From Chamaesiphon sp. (GTDB lineage: Bacteria > Cyanobacteriota > Cyanobacteriia > Cyanobacteriales > Chamaesiphonaceae): a DNA stretch of 64,000 nucleotides. The position numbers and the translations under genes are program-made. The stretch spans positions 1 to 64,000 of the forward strand of contig CBDFFH010000042.1 of the NCBI GenBank assembly GCA_965246715.1, given 5' to 3'. This document shows, in pieces, positions 19,340 to 31,500 of this stretch; the stretch's first letter is position 1, and every line of letters begins with the position of its first letter. The notes under the pieces are model-generated. The model worked only from the letters and a program-made list of their open reading frames with translations, did no database searches and was not told the origin of the DNA.

Positions 19340-21214
19340 ATGTGTGGAATTGTTGGGTATATTGGCAATCGACCAGCTCAAACCATTTTAGTCTCAGGCT
19401 TAGAGAAACTAGAATACCGAGGTTATGACTCCGCAGGAGTCGCCACCGTCCTCGAAGGAAAACTAGATTGTATTCGTGCCAAAGGAAAGCTGCACAATCT
19501 GCGCGAAAAAATTGAAATTACCCCCAATCATGCTCCTATTGGCATCGGACATACGCGGTGGGCGACGCATGGCAAACCAGAAGAGTATAATGCTCATCCA
19601 CACACGGATACCAACCGTCGGTTAGCCGTAGTCCAAAATGGCATTGTCGAAAATTACCGCGAACTCCGGGAAGAATTAAAGAAACAAGGACACGAGTTTC
19701 GATCGGAAACCGATACCGAAGTCATCCCGCACCTAATCGCCCAATGCTTTGCCGAAGGTGCCGATACTTTACTAGTAGCAGTCCGACAGGCCGTACATAA
19801 ATTATCTGGTGCATTTGCGATCGCGGTAGTTTCGGCAGATTATCCCGACGAACTAATTTTAGCTAGACAACAAGCACCACTAGTAATTGGCATCGGTGAA
19901 GGCGAATATTTTTGCGCGTCAGATACGCCCGCGATCGTCCAATATACCCGCACTGTTTTACCCTTAGAAAATGGAGAAATGGCGCGGCTCACTAGAGATG
20001 GAGCTGAAGTTTATACATTTGCAGGCGCAAAAGTCCGCCGCACGCCGCATACGATTAATTGGAATCCGATCGCGGTTGAAAAACAAGGCTTCCGCCACTT
20101 TATGGCCAAGGAAATCTACGAACAGCCAGCCGTAGTCAGAACTTGTCTCGAAGCATATCTCGATCTCGATTGGACTCCAGGTAGCAATAAATCGCCCTTC
20201 AAACTCGATCTCCCTGCGTCCATCTACGCCGATCTCGAAAATATCCAAATCGTTGCCTGTGGTACCAGTCTCCACGCTGGCATGGTGGGTAAATATCTCC
20301 TCGAAGAACTCGCCCAAATTCCCACCGCCATTCAATATGCGTCCGAATTTCGTTATTCACCCCCACCTCTAACACCGAACACTCTCACGATCGGGATTAC
20401 CCAATCTGGTGAAACCGCTGACACTCTAGCTGCCGTTGAAATCGAAAAGTCTCGCCGCCAGGATAAAGATCCCAAATATCACTCCCGCCTCCTCGCCGTC
20501 ACCAATCGGACAGATAGTGCTATCACCCGCGTCGTGGACTGCGTAATCGACACACATGCAGGCATGGAAATCGGCGTAGCCGCCACTAAAACCTTCATGG
20601 GTCAATTGATGGCGTTTTACTTCTTATCGCTCGATCTAGCCCATCGTCGCGGGACTATTACAGTCGATCGACTGGCTGAAATCATCACTGGTTTGAAAGT
20701 CCTCCCCTCACAAATCGAAGTTATCCTCGAAACCCAGGAGAAATACATCGAAGAACTTTCCCATAGTTTCCTAGAAACCCAGGATGTCATCTTCCTCGGT
20801 CGCGGCATTAATTTCCCGATCGCCCTAGAAGGTGCCTTAAAACTTAAAGAGATCAGTTATATCCATGCCGAAGGTTATCCTTCTGGCGAGATGAAGCATG
20901 GCCCGATCGCGCTCCTCGATGCTAAAGTACCTGTAATTGCGATTACTATGCCAGGGAAAGTATATGAAAAAGCGGTATCAAATGCTCAAGAAGCTAAGGC
21001 GCGAGATTCCCATTTGTATGGGGTAGTTGCTGCTAGTGATAAGGATGCAGCAGAGATCTTTGATAAGGTTTTACCCGTACCAGATGTGGATGAATTGTTA
21101 TCGCCAGTGTTAACAGTTATTCCGATGCAATTGATGTCATATCACATTGCCGCAATGCGCGGATTAGACGTAGATCAGCCTCGTAATTTAGCCAAATCGG
21201 TAACTGTTGAATAG
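19340..21214 (+). CDS. glmS: Glutamine--fructose-6-phosphate transaminase
   Basis: MCGIVG N-terminus, GHTRWATHG, C-terminal PRNLAKSVTVE. Confidence 0.99.
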   Translation: MCGIVGYIGNRPAQTILVSGLEKLEYRGYDSAGVATVLEGKLDCIRAKGKLHNLREKIEITPNHAPIGIGHTRWATHGKPEEYNAHPHTDTNRRLAVVQNGIVENYRELREELKKQGHEFRSETDTEVIPHLIAQCFAEGADTLLVAVRQAVHKLSGAFAIAVVSADYPDELILARQQAPLVIGIGEGEYFCASDTPAIVQYTRTVLPLENGEMARLTRDGAEVYTFAGAKVRRTPHTINWNPIAVEKQGFRHFMAKEIYEQPAVVRTCLEAYLDLDWTPGSNKSPFKLDLPASIYADLENIQIVACGTSLHAGMVGKYLLEELAQIPTAIQYASEFRYSPPPLTPNTLTIGITQSGETADTLAAVEIEKSRRQDKDPKYHSRLLAVTNRTDSAITRVVDCVIDTHAGMEIGVAATKTFMGQLMAFYFLSLDLAHRRGTITVDRLAEIITGLKVLPSQIEVILETQEKYIEELSHSFLETQDVIFLGRGINFPIALEGALKLKEISYIHAEGYPSGEMKHGPIALLDAKVPVIAITMPGKVYEKAVSNAQEAKARDSHLYGVVAASDKDAAEIFDKVLPVPDVDELLSPVLTVIPMQLMSYHIAAMRGLDVDQPRNLAKSVTVE

Positions 21215-21238
21215 GCTAAAAAATTTGATTTTTATCTT

Positions 21239-21460
21239 TGTGGAAACACAATAAAGTTGTATACTAAACAATAAAGTCGTATACTGACCAATAAAGTTGT
21301 ATGCTATCATCTGTGAGTGTTTAATTAGCATTTACAGATTTTTCATATGGTCAGAAACAAGAGATATTGGACAGAAGAGAAACTCGATCGATATACAAAC
21401 GAAGGTCGAGGACAAGGTAGCGGTCGAAATTACAATCCGTGGATCGATGTTTCAGACTTT
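21239..21460 (+). mobile_element. Tn7-like transposon right-end relic at the attTn7 site
   Basis: TGTGG starts 25 bp after the glmS stop; three 20-bp-period repeats (A/C)CAATAAAGT(T/C)GTAT(A/G)CT at 21248, 21268 and 21288; tnsA start follows. Confidence 0.85.
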
Positions 21461-21568
21461 TTTATGTTGAATTTAATTACAGCATTAAGTGCTTATACTC
21501 ATCAGCCTAAACAACCCCGCTTAAAGCTAGATGAGCCTGCTCGAGACTTCTCTATAGTATATATTTAG
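21347..21568 (+). pseudogene. tnsA: Truncated TnsA N-terminus fused to an IS982-like transposase C-terminal remnant
   Basis: EGRGQGSGRNYNPWIDVSDF matches the TnsA N-terminal motif; FMLNLITALSAYTHQPKQPRL resembles IS982 transposase C-termini. Confidence 0.75.
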
Positions 21569-21617
21569 CAAACTATCTGCGTCCAAATATCCTCTTAAAT
21601 TTAAACACTTCAAGCTA

Positions 21618-22241
21618 TTACGTTTCTTTATCGATCGAATGCACCTTTTTCCCCTTCAATTTGTGTTTGGTATATATTCCGAGTCCCAAAGCTGTTAAGT
21701 TACCTAAAATTGTTGCAGGTTCGGGAACTGCTGTAGCCGAAATTCCACCAATATCACCCACCCCGCTAATAGTATTGGAAAATTGTCCGGCATCGGTGTT
21801 TCCATAGCCCGTAGTAACTAAGAAATAATTGATATTTGGAGCCAGAGCGCTTGTAAATCCCGACGAGCCTGTAATCCCGTTAAGATCGTCATTAGCAGTG
21901 ATGAAATTGACGAGTGGAGTATTAGGGTTAAAAGCAGTTCGATACAAAACGGTAAAGTTATCCCAATTACTGGGAATCGTAGCTTGACTCTGGATTGTAT
22001 AGCTACCTGAAGCACTGACGCTAAAGCCTCGAACGCTATATCTAACCGCCGTTCCAGTCGGAGATAGGGAAGGCAAAGAATCGTCGGTAGGTCGATTCCA
22101 TGTAGGAGCGCCTGCTGTAGTTCCAGAATAGTTAAGAAGAGTTGCAGCTTGCGCGATGGAAATGCTCGAAGTTGATGCTACACCGATAGCAAACCCAACA
22201 CCTGCCAAGGCAATTTTTTTATTAGCGAACATGAGTAACAT
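21618..22241 (-). CDS. PEP-CTERM surface protein
   Basis: Signal peptide ending AQA; C-terminal AVPEPATILGNLTALGLGIYTKHK. Confidence 0.88.
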   Translation of the reverse strand: MLLMFANKKIALAGVGFAIGVASTSSISIAQAATLLNYSGTTAGAPTWNRPTDDSLPSLSPTGTAVRYSVRGFSVSASGSYTIQSQATIPSNWDNFTVLYRTAFNPNTPLVNFITANDDLNGITGSSGFTSALAPNINYFLVTTGYGNTDAGQFSNTISGVGDIGGISATAVPEPATILGNLTALGLGIYTKHKLKGKKVHSIDKET

Positions 22242-22342
22242 GGATATAAAAACTACATAAAAATGGATTCTGCCACATACTAGCCCATTTAATAATTACA
22301 TGCTACTTATCCACACACACATCGATTAATTTCAGCAAATAG

Positions 22343-22379
22343 GCGTAATAAGGGTTTATGCAAATAACCCTTATTACGC
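22343..22379. promoter_or_regulatory. 14-bp inverted repeat in a divergent promoter region
   Basis: GCGTAATAAGGGTT-N9-AACCCTTATTACGC. Confidence 0.4.
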
Positions 22380-22589
22380 AATGTTGTATTTCTTAACGAT
22401 TTCTTGTTGACATCATAAAAAATCCATAAGATAATTTTTTCAAGAAGTATAAATATTACATTCACCTCGGACACGGTTGTGTTCCGGTTATTTTAGAGTG
22501 CAATAATCTTTTTGTCGATCGAGGAACCGCCAAAGTAATCTAGCTCCAAATCAGAACATTAACCATACCATTTCTTCACACCCAATTTT

Positions 22590-25500
22590 ATGAATGAATT
22601 CATAAGCAATAGCAGCACCAGTCAAAATCGAGATCCGTTGTTGGGTAATCTGCAAGATTTGGCAAAAAATAGCGAGAACGGTTTGATACTTAATATATTA
22701 TCAGGCAGTGCTGCGTCGCTACAATTGAGTGGTGTTGAAGATGATTATCTCAAGCAAACATTATTGCCTTTAGTTCAGCAGGAATTGAGAGATTTTAGGG
22801 AATCTCCTGATTTTGCTAGCAAGATGAATTTGGCGTTTGGGAATGGATTCGATCGTGAGCCAGATAAAAGTTGGCAAGCACTCGATAAGTTGATAAGTGC
22901 CAATATCGTACTGGGCGACATTTTACCGAGCGAGCGGCTCCAAGCAAAAGGAGCGTTTGACGGCGATCGCATTTACTTATCTAAAGAACTGCTAGATCCG
23001 CAATTAGTCGCTCCCCAAGCGGCAGCTAGCGTACTGCTAGAGGAAATGGGGCACTATATCGACTCCCAAATTAATTCTCAAGATACGCCAGGAGATGAAG
23101 GGGCGATTTTTGCAAAATTGGTGCTGGATCTACCGTTTGCACCTGGAGAATTAGCCGCATTACAAGCAGAAGACGATTGGGGGACTCTAATTGGGAGCGA
23201 TGGTAGTTCAATTCCGGTAGAGTTGGCGAGTGCCACCGCTTCCTTAGCAAGCGTGGCTTTGGCATTCGATTCGGGGGTAGATGGTAACGATCGAATTACC
23301 GCAGATCCCACGATTGTGGGTACGATTGCCGATCTAAATTCGATCGGCAAACTTCAGGCAAGTTTAAATAATGGCGGCTTTGTCGATATCACCACACAGA
23401 TCGACGCTAGTGGCAATTTCAGTTTGGATGCGGCGACGCTAACCCAACTTAATGGTGGTCAGCTACCAGATGGGAAGTACAAAGTCACAATTCAAACGGA
23501 AGATCGTCAAGGTAAAGCTGCGGAGCCAGTAACATTAGACTTTACTTTAGATACGACCCCACCGTCCGCGTCGGGGTTCATGCTAGATAGCTTATATGAT
23601 TCGGCACCGATCGGCGACTCGCGGACGAGTTTTGGGAGTGTCGATCTCATCGGGCAAACCGAAGCTAATGCTACTGTTACTCTCAAAACCCGTAAAGAGA
23701 GTGCCAATGCCTCGGTAATTGCTGACGCACAGGGTAAATTTAGATTTTCGCAGGTAGCTCTAGCTGTAGGTGACAATTCGTTTACGGTTAAATCGGTAGA
23801 TTTAGCTGGAAATACGCGATCGCAGACTAACACGATCCGCCGTGTCACCCAAGATAGTAGTGATGTCGTATTAGATTGGAATGGGGTACTGTTGAATGCG
23901 GTTTATACGGATAAAACCGCACCGCCATTAGCTTCGCGGAATATGGCGATCGTTCAAACCGCCGTCTTTGATGCGGTGAATAGCTTTGCCAATACTTATC
24001 AAAACTATCATTTCACGGGCGCGGCTCCTACTGGTGCATCCTTAGAAGCCGCTGCTGCTGCCGCTGCGTATAACACCCTGCTCCAACTCTATCCCAAGCA
24101 GAAAACTTACTTCGATAACGCCCTGATTTCGTCGCTAGCAAAAATTGCCGATGGTAAGGCAGAAGATGATGGGGTTGCTTTTGGCAAACAAGTCGCTGAC
24201 GATCTCCTCGCATTCCGCAGTAACGATGGTGCGAGCAAAACCGTTACTTATACCCCAGGCACCGATCCTGGCGATTGGCAACCTACCGCGCCTGGATTTG
24301 CGGCGGCTCTAGCACCTCAATGGGGAAATGTCACGCCATTTGGTTTGACTAGCGGCTCGCAATTCCGTCCTGCTGGCGAACCCGTATTGACTAGTGACAA
24401 ATATACAGCAGACTTTAACCAAGTCAAAGAGTTGGGGAGTATAGATAGTACCACTCGCACTGCCGACCAGACCCAGATCGCCCAATTCTGGGCGGATGGC
24501 GGGGGGACATTTACACCGCCAGGGCATTGGAACCAAATCGCTCAAAATGTCGCTGCAAGCAAGGGTAATTCGCTGCTGGATAATGCGCGGCTATTTGCGT
24601 TATTAGATATGTCCCTAGCCGATGCGGGAATTGCCGCGTGGGATGCCAAATATCAATTTAACTTCTGGCGACCGATTACGGCAATTCAAAAGGCGGATAC
24701 CGATGGCAATCCGAATACGATTGCCGATCCGAATTGGAAGCCACTAATTACTACCCCACCTTTCCCTGAATACATATCGGGACATAGTACCTTTAGTGGA
24801 GCCGCTGCAACGGTGCTAACTTCGCTATTGGGTGACAATATCAGCTTTAGTATCAATTCCTTGGGTACGCCAGGAATCGATCGGACATTTAGTAGTTTCA
24901 ATGCGGCGGCTACCGAAGCTGGTATCAGTCGGATCTATGGCGGGATTCACTTCAACTCTGCCAATATCGACGGACAAACTACTGGTAAATCGATCGGTAA
25001 TTACGTGCTCCAAAATTCATTAGCAATGGCTAATGATGCTCAACCACCCGTAGTTAAATTTGCTTTAGCAACTGATACTGGCAGTAGTAATGGCGACAAG
25101 ATTACCAGCGATCCGACGATTAAGGGTACTCTCACCGATGCGAGTCAGATAACTAAGTTTCAAGCGAAGTTAAATACTGGTAGCTTTGTCGATGTCTTAG
25201 CTAAATTAACCGCTGACGGCACCTTTAACCTAGATAAAGCCGCGCTCGCCCAAATTAATGGCGGACAATTAGCCGATGGCGCGTATCAACTGAATCTCAA
25301 GGCTGAAGATAAATTTGGTAATGCTACTAGCGAATCAACACTGAGCTTTACTCTCGATAGCACCAAACCAATCGCACCGACTGAAATAAAAATCAAAGAC
25401 GATCCCGATACGGTAACTAGTCTCAAAACTCCAACTATTATCGGTAAAGCAGAGACGGGAGCTACCGTTCAAATCTTTGAGGGGACGACTAAATTAGGTG

Positions 25501-28500
25501 AAACAAAGGCCGTAAATGGTACGTGGGAAATTACCACATTTACACTGACTGATGGCGTGAAGAATCTCACGGTAAAATCGATCGATCCGGCTGGAAATAG
25601 CAGCGATAATACCGCCTTCTCCTTGACAGTTCAGTCAGCAACGGTAGATATTACTCCGCCTGTGGCTGCTGTTTCGAGTCTTGCTTCAACTGCAGTCAAT
25701 TACCTCGAACTCACCTTTGACGAACCAGTTACCGATGCCGCTTTTGCCGCTGATAAATATAGCCTCAAAATTTTCGGCGGTACTCAAGATGGACAAGCTG
25801 CAACCATTGCTTCGATCCAAAAACTCAGTCCGACTCAAGTTCGCATCAACTTAGCCGCAGCGTTCGGTTCTGGAAATTATAAATTAGCAGTAGCAGCCGG
25901 AATCGCCGATACTGTGGGTAATGCGACTACTGCGGCGCAAACCTTCGATCTGAGTGTCGCAGCGGCGCGGCTGACAATTTCACCAGCTAATGGTGAAGAA
26001 ATGGTCGGTTTGAATCGCGATACCGTCGTCAATTTTGGCAAAAAAATCGATCCGACGACAGTTAATAGCGATAACTTCTATCTAATTGCCAATGGGCAAC
26101 GCATCGCGGGCAGAATCAAAGTTTCTAGCACTGAAGAATTTGCTACCTTCTTCTACGATTCTCCGCTACCTTCCTCGACAGAAGTGCGCATAGTTGTGGA
26201 TGGTACGAAAATTTTAGGACGAGATGGAGTCGCGATCGATGGCGATGGCGACGGTAAAGCTGGGGGCATCGCCACGGCAGACTTTACTACCCTTCCAATT
26301 ACGCGGATTAAGGGTACGGATGTCTGGGGTTATGTCTACGACTCCTACAACAAAAATGCCGACGGCTCGAATATCCCGCTCAAAGGTGTCACCATCCGCC
26401 TCGACTCGCTCACCGATGTCACCGCGACTACTGACGATAAAGGTTACTTCATTCTCAAGGATGTCCCCGCACCCGAATTTTTTGTCTACATCGATGGTGC
26501 AAAAGCCACTGGTTCCTCAGCCGCTTCCCAATACGCTAGTTTGGGTAAACCCTTCCACAGCGTACCAGGGCAATCTACGCAATTAATCATGGATGGGACA
26601 CCATTCAATGTCTACCTCCCCCCCATGGCGGCGAGCGATGTCAAACCATTATCGGCGACGGAGGTTACTAAAGTAGGCTTCGGTGCTGCGGCTGAGGCAT
26701 TTTTACAGAAACAATTCCCGACTATCGATCCCGAACTGTGGAAAGAGGTAAAAGTCACCTTCAATCCAGGCTCGGCACAGGATGATGCTGGCAATAAGGC
26801 AACTCAAGCGACAATTATCCCCGTAGATCCCCAGCGGCTACCCGCACCGTTACCACCAGGAGCAGATCCGAAGTTGGTCATCTCGATCCAAGCTGGTGGC
26901 GCAGGTGGATTCAATCGCGAGGCTCAAGGCGGCTCGACCAATTTTGATGTCCCCGCACCGATTCAATTCCCCAATTTGGATGGTTTGAAACCAGGTGAGA
27001 AGAGTCTCTTCTGGTCGTTCGATCATGATGCGGGTAAGTGGATCGTGATTGGTACGGGTACGGTAAGTGCGGATGGGAAAACGATCGTTTCCGATCCTGG
27101 GGTTGGCGTAATCGCTCCTGGTTGGCATTTTGTGGCTCCAGGAACACCAAGCAAAGGTAAGGGCAGCAATACACCGGATCGATTCGATCCAAATACTTCA
27201 GCACCACATCGTCGATTATTGGATAATAACTACCCTCCAGAAGTTGAAGACAGTCTTAAAAAAAATGGGCGAAAAATTCAAAATATCGATGATGGTTATG
27301 GAGATTATCTTTATGATAAATATTCAACTACCGTCAAGATGCCTCCTGGATTAACACCAGAACAATTTCTTGAGAGACTTGCTAAAGATCTGAATGGGAC
27401 TATTAAAGATCCATTTTTTAATGGGATTAATACTTTTGACAAAAATCCAAATCCAAAACTTGGGGACATTTACCATATAAGCATCGGTGGTGGAACTGCT
27501 AATATTTTTAATCTCATACCCACACTAGGAACTTTGAATGGTAAAGGAATAGATGTCATATTAACGGAAAAGCAATCTGATAGATTCAGATTCACAACGC
27601 TCGATGGTCATCCTGAAGAAGGATCTAGAGAATTTGGATTTTCCAAAAATCCTGATGGAACGGTAACTTTCTATACAGCAGGAGCCTCAAGACCAAGAGG
27701 ACCCGTCGAGGGTTTTGTAGGACAATTACCTCAACAATGGGGGTGGGAATCATTAATGCGGGGTATCGGAAATGAGATTCAAAACAAAGGGGGTTCAATA
27801 ACTCAAAAAATACAAGAGGAAAGATATCGTGTTGCCCCTCCTTCGCAAAATCCCTCTAGTACTAATAATTTAAACATACTATCTATCCAGGCAATCGCCA
27901 CTTTATCAGCTTTGGAATCAGTATCTCTTTTAGCTGTTAATGCTGTCAATGAAGCAACAATTGCTGAAAAGAGTAAACCTGCTTCTAATGAATTTTTTTA
28001 TCGCATTCAGTACTCCGATTTAGCCAGTCCAAATCCCCAACTCAACGTCCTTACGGGAAAAACAGGTAAAGACGGATCTTTTTCTGTAGTTCTTCCTGCC
28101 AATCAATACTATGCTATTTCTCTTTATAACCCAGAAACAGAATTGTATGGTTGGGCTACAGGATTAACTTCTACATCTGGATTGAACACTGACTTTGGTG
28201 ATATTTCTGTATCTTCCGCATCGTTAGTAGATTCTGATAGCGATGGGCTGGGTGATATGGCTGAGTACATTATAGGTACTGACGCTAACAAATTCAGTAC
28301 TACTAGTGATGGTATCAGTGATGGTGCAAAACTTAAACAAGGGCTAGACCCCCTTAATGGTCGTGGCTTCCCCACTGGCATCATCTCTTCGCTCCCCCTC
28401 CAAGGCGAAGCCAAAGATATTGTAGTTTCCGGTTCCACCACCAACTCTCAAACGCAAACCGCCTACGTCGCTACGGGTTCTCATGGATTAGCCGTTGTCA

Positions 28501-31500
28501 ACGCCTCCCAATTTAATAACCCCATCGTCCTCGGTCAACTCAATCTCCCTGGCGATGCCACATCAGTCGGGGTCGATAACAAACTCAATATCGCCGCAGT
28601 CGCAACCAACTCCGGTGGATTGCAATTGGTAAATGTTGCCGATGGCATGTTGCCTATACTCATCAAAACCGTCAACCTAGCAGCAAATAAAGTCGAAGTA
28701 GCCGACGGCATTGCTTATGCTAGTGTCGGTAACGTCCTGCATTCGATCGACCTCAGTACTGGAGACGACTTACAAAGCCTCACCCTGCCTGGTTCCGGCA
28801 CCGTTACGGGCTTAGCGCGCGAAGGCTCTAAACTATATGCTTATGTCAGTGGTTCCGATACCTTCTCAGTTATCGATATCTCTGCTGAAGGTAGCGCGAC
28901 CGTGCTCGGCCAATTAGTTGTCAGTATTGCTTCGAGTGAAGTCGGCTTGACTGTGGGTAATGGGGTTGCATATTTAGCAGGTAGCGGTTTGAGTACCGTT
29001 GATGTCTCAGATCCGACTAAACCCAAATTAATTAGCGGTGCGGATACCTTCTTTACCGCTCGAAATGTCGCCCTCAATGGTTCGGGACTAGCTGTAGTAT
29101 CCGCTGAAGGTCAAGGTTTAGGCATCTACAGCACCGCCGATTCGCAGAAAACTGATAATTTTATTACCCAGATCGATACGCCTGGGTTTACCTACGATGC
29201 GGCGATAGCCTCTGGCATTGCCTACGTTGCTGACGGTACGAGCGACCTGCAAGTTATTAACTACCTACCTTTCGATAACAAAGGCAAAGCACCGACAATT
29301 TCGATCGATACAACAGCTATCGATCTCGACCCCAACACCGCCGGAATTCAAGTTCAAGAAGGTTCGACGATTCCAATTCGGGCGAATATCACCGATGACG
29401 TTCAAGTGCGGAATGTAGAGTTATTAGTAGATGGTCAGGTTGTTGCTAATGACGTTTCCTTCCCCTGGGATTTATCTGTCGTTGCGCCCAAGATTACCGC
29501 AACTAAAAACACCGTTGATATTCAGGTACGGGCGACAGATACGGGGGGTAATATCTCCCTATCCAATCTCCTAACCTTAAACCTCAGCGTCGATAAATTC
29601 GCGCCCAAAGTGTTAGGAACTACCCCGATCGCAGGCGCACGATCGAAAACTATTCCGAACATTGTCGTCAAATTTGATGAGGCGATCGATGTTAATAAAC
29701 TCAATACTTCCGGTGTCACATTCACCAATTTAGGTAAAGATGGTGTCCTTGGCGGTGGCGATGATACCGTTACGCCGATTAAAATTCTGGAAACCCGCAG
29801 TTTCGATCGAACTCTGGTTATTACCCCCGATAGCGAACTACCTGTAGGTAACTATCAAGTCAAGGTCGATCCGAGTATTATTAGCGATCGAGCGGGTAAC
29901 TCACTAACCGCACCACTTACCCTAAACTTCACCAAACGTCCCTTGACTACACCTCTGGGGTTAGGCGCGGCAATTACTGGCAAAATTGCCCAAGCCGGAG
30001 ATGATGAAATCTACACCTTCACCGGAACCACCGGAACTCGCCTGATTTTCGATAGCCTGCTCGATAACTCTGCTACCACCAATACCTACACCCAGATTAC
30101 GAGTCCCAGCGGACGTTCGATCGTTAATTACTACAGTTATGATTACTATTATTACAATAATAATGTTGTAACCTTGACGGAAAGTGGTACTTACAAAGTA
30201 ACCGTCAAGTCCTCTAACAATACCACTGGCGACTTTAGTTTCCGCCTGTTGGATGGCAATGGTGCGCCGACAATTACACTTGGTACGACTGTCACCGATG
30301 TTCTACCTAATGGTTCCTTAGAGAACGATATCTACCAAATTAATGGCAAAGCCGGAGACAGACTCTACTTTGACTCCCTCTCCAAGGATGCAACCACTAG
30401 TATTTGGACGCTTTACGGTACGGGGAACCAGTATATTACTAGTACTAACCTGAGCAACGACATCGAGACGGTGTTACCGAATGACGGTACTTATTTACTC
30501 GTACTCGATCGCTATTCTAGTAGTACCGCTGCTGTCAACTACAGCTTTAAAGTGACGAATCCGCCGACTACAACTACCGCCCTGACATTGGGCACCGCTG
30601 TGAGTAGCACGATCGCCCAACCAGGGGAAATGAAGGAATACACCTTTACCGGAGCGATCGGACAACGATTGTACTATGACGGTTTGGGAAACAATACCAC
30701 CTCAACTATTTACGCTCAGTTACTCAGCCCCAGCGGTCAAAGCGTATTCTACAACGGCGATGCCGACAGCGATCGATCGCCCTTTACCCTGACCGAAGCC
30801 GGAACCTACAAACTAGTAATTGATGGTTATTTAGACAACATCGGCAACTATGGCTTCAAGCTCATCGATGCTGGCGCAGCTCCTGTCATTAAATCAGGAG
30901 ACACAATTACTAGTAACCTGACCCCAGGACTAGAAAGCGATATCTACCGGATCGAGGGTCAAGCTGGCGATAAACTCTACTTTGATTCCCTCATCAATAC
31001 CACCAACGCCACCTGGTATCTGTATGGATCCAATAATCAGTACGTGAGTGGAACTAGTCTAGGTGCTGATTTTGAATCTAACCTGTCCAGCGATGGTACT
31101 TATTTCCTCGTAGTTAGCGGCAGCAATACTAGTGGTAATAGCAACTACAGCTTTAAAGTAACCAGTGTCGGCACGACTACCACCGCACTTACATTGGGAA
31201 CTCCCGTTGCTAGCACGATTTCCCAAGCAGGGGAACAGGATATCTACACCTTTACCGGAACGATCGGTCAACGCCTCTACTATGACGGGCTGAGTAATAA
31301 TACCACCTCGCTCGTTTACGCTCAATTACTCAGCCCCAGCGGTCAAAGCGTATTATACCTGGATGCTGATGGCGATCGGGGTGTGACCCTGAGCGAAGCC
31401 GGAACCTATAAACTAGTTATCGATGGTAATAGTGCGGATACGGGCAACTATAGCTTCAATCTCATCGATCTGAGTACGGCCAAAGCAATTACTCTAGGTC

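Noticed and set aside
21248..21307. Three 20-bp direct repeats as a mini CRISPR array
   Set aside because: The repeats are contiguous with no spacers, and no cas genes are present; the position fits TnsB-binding sites
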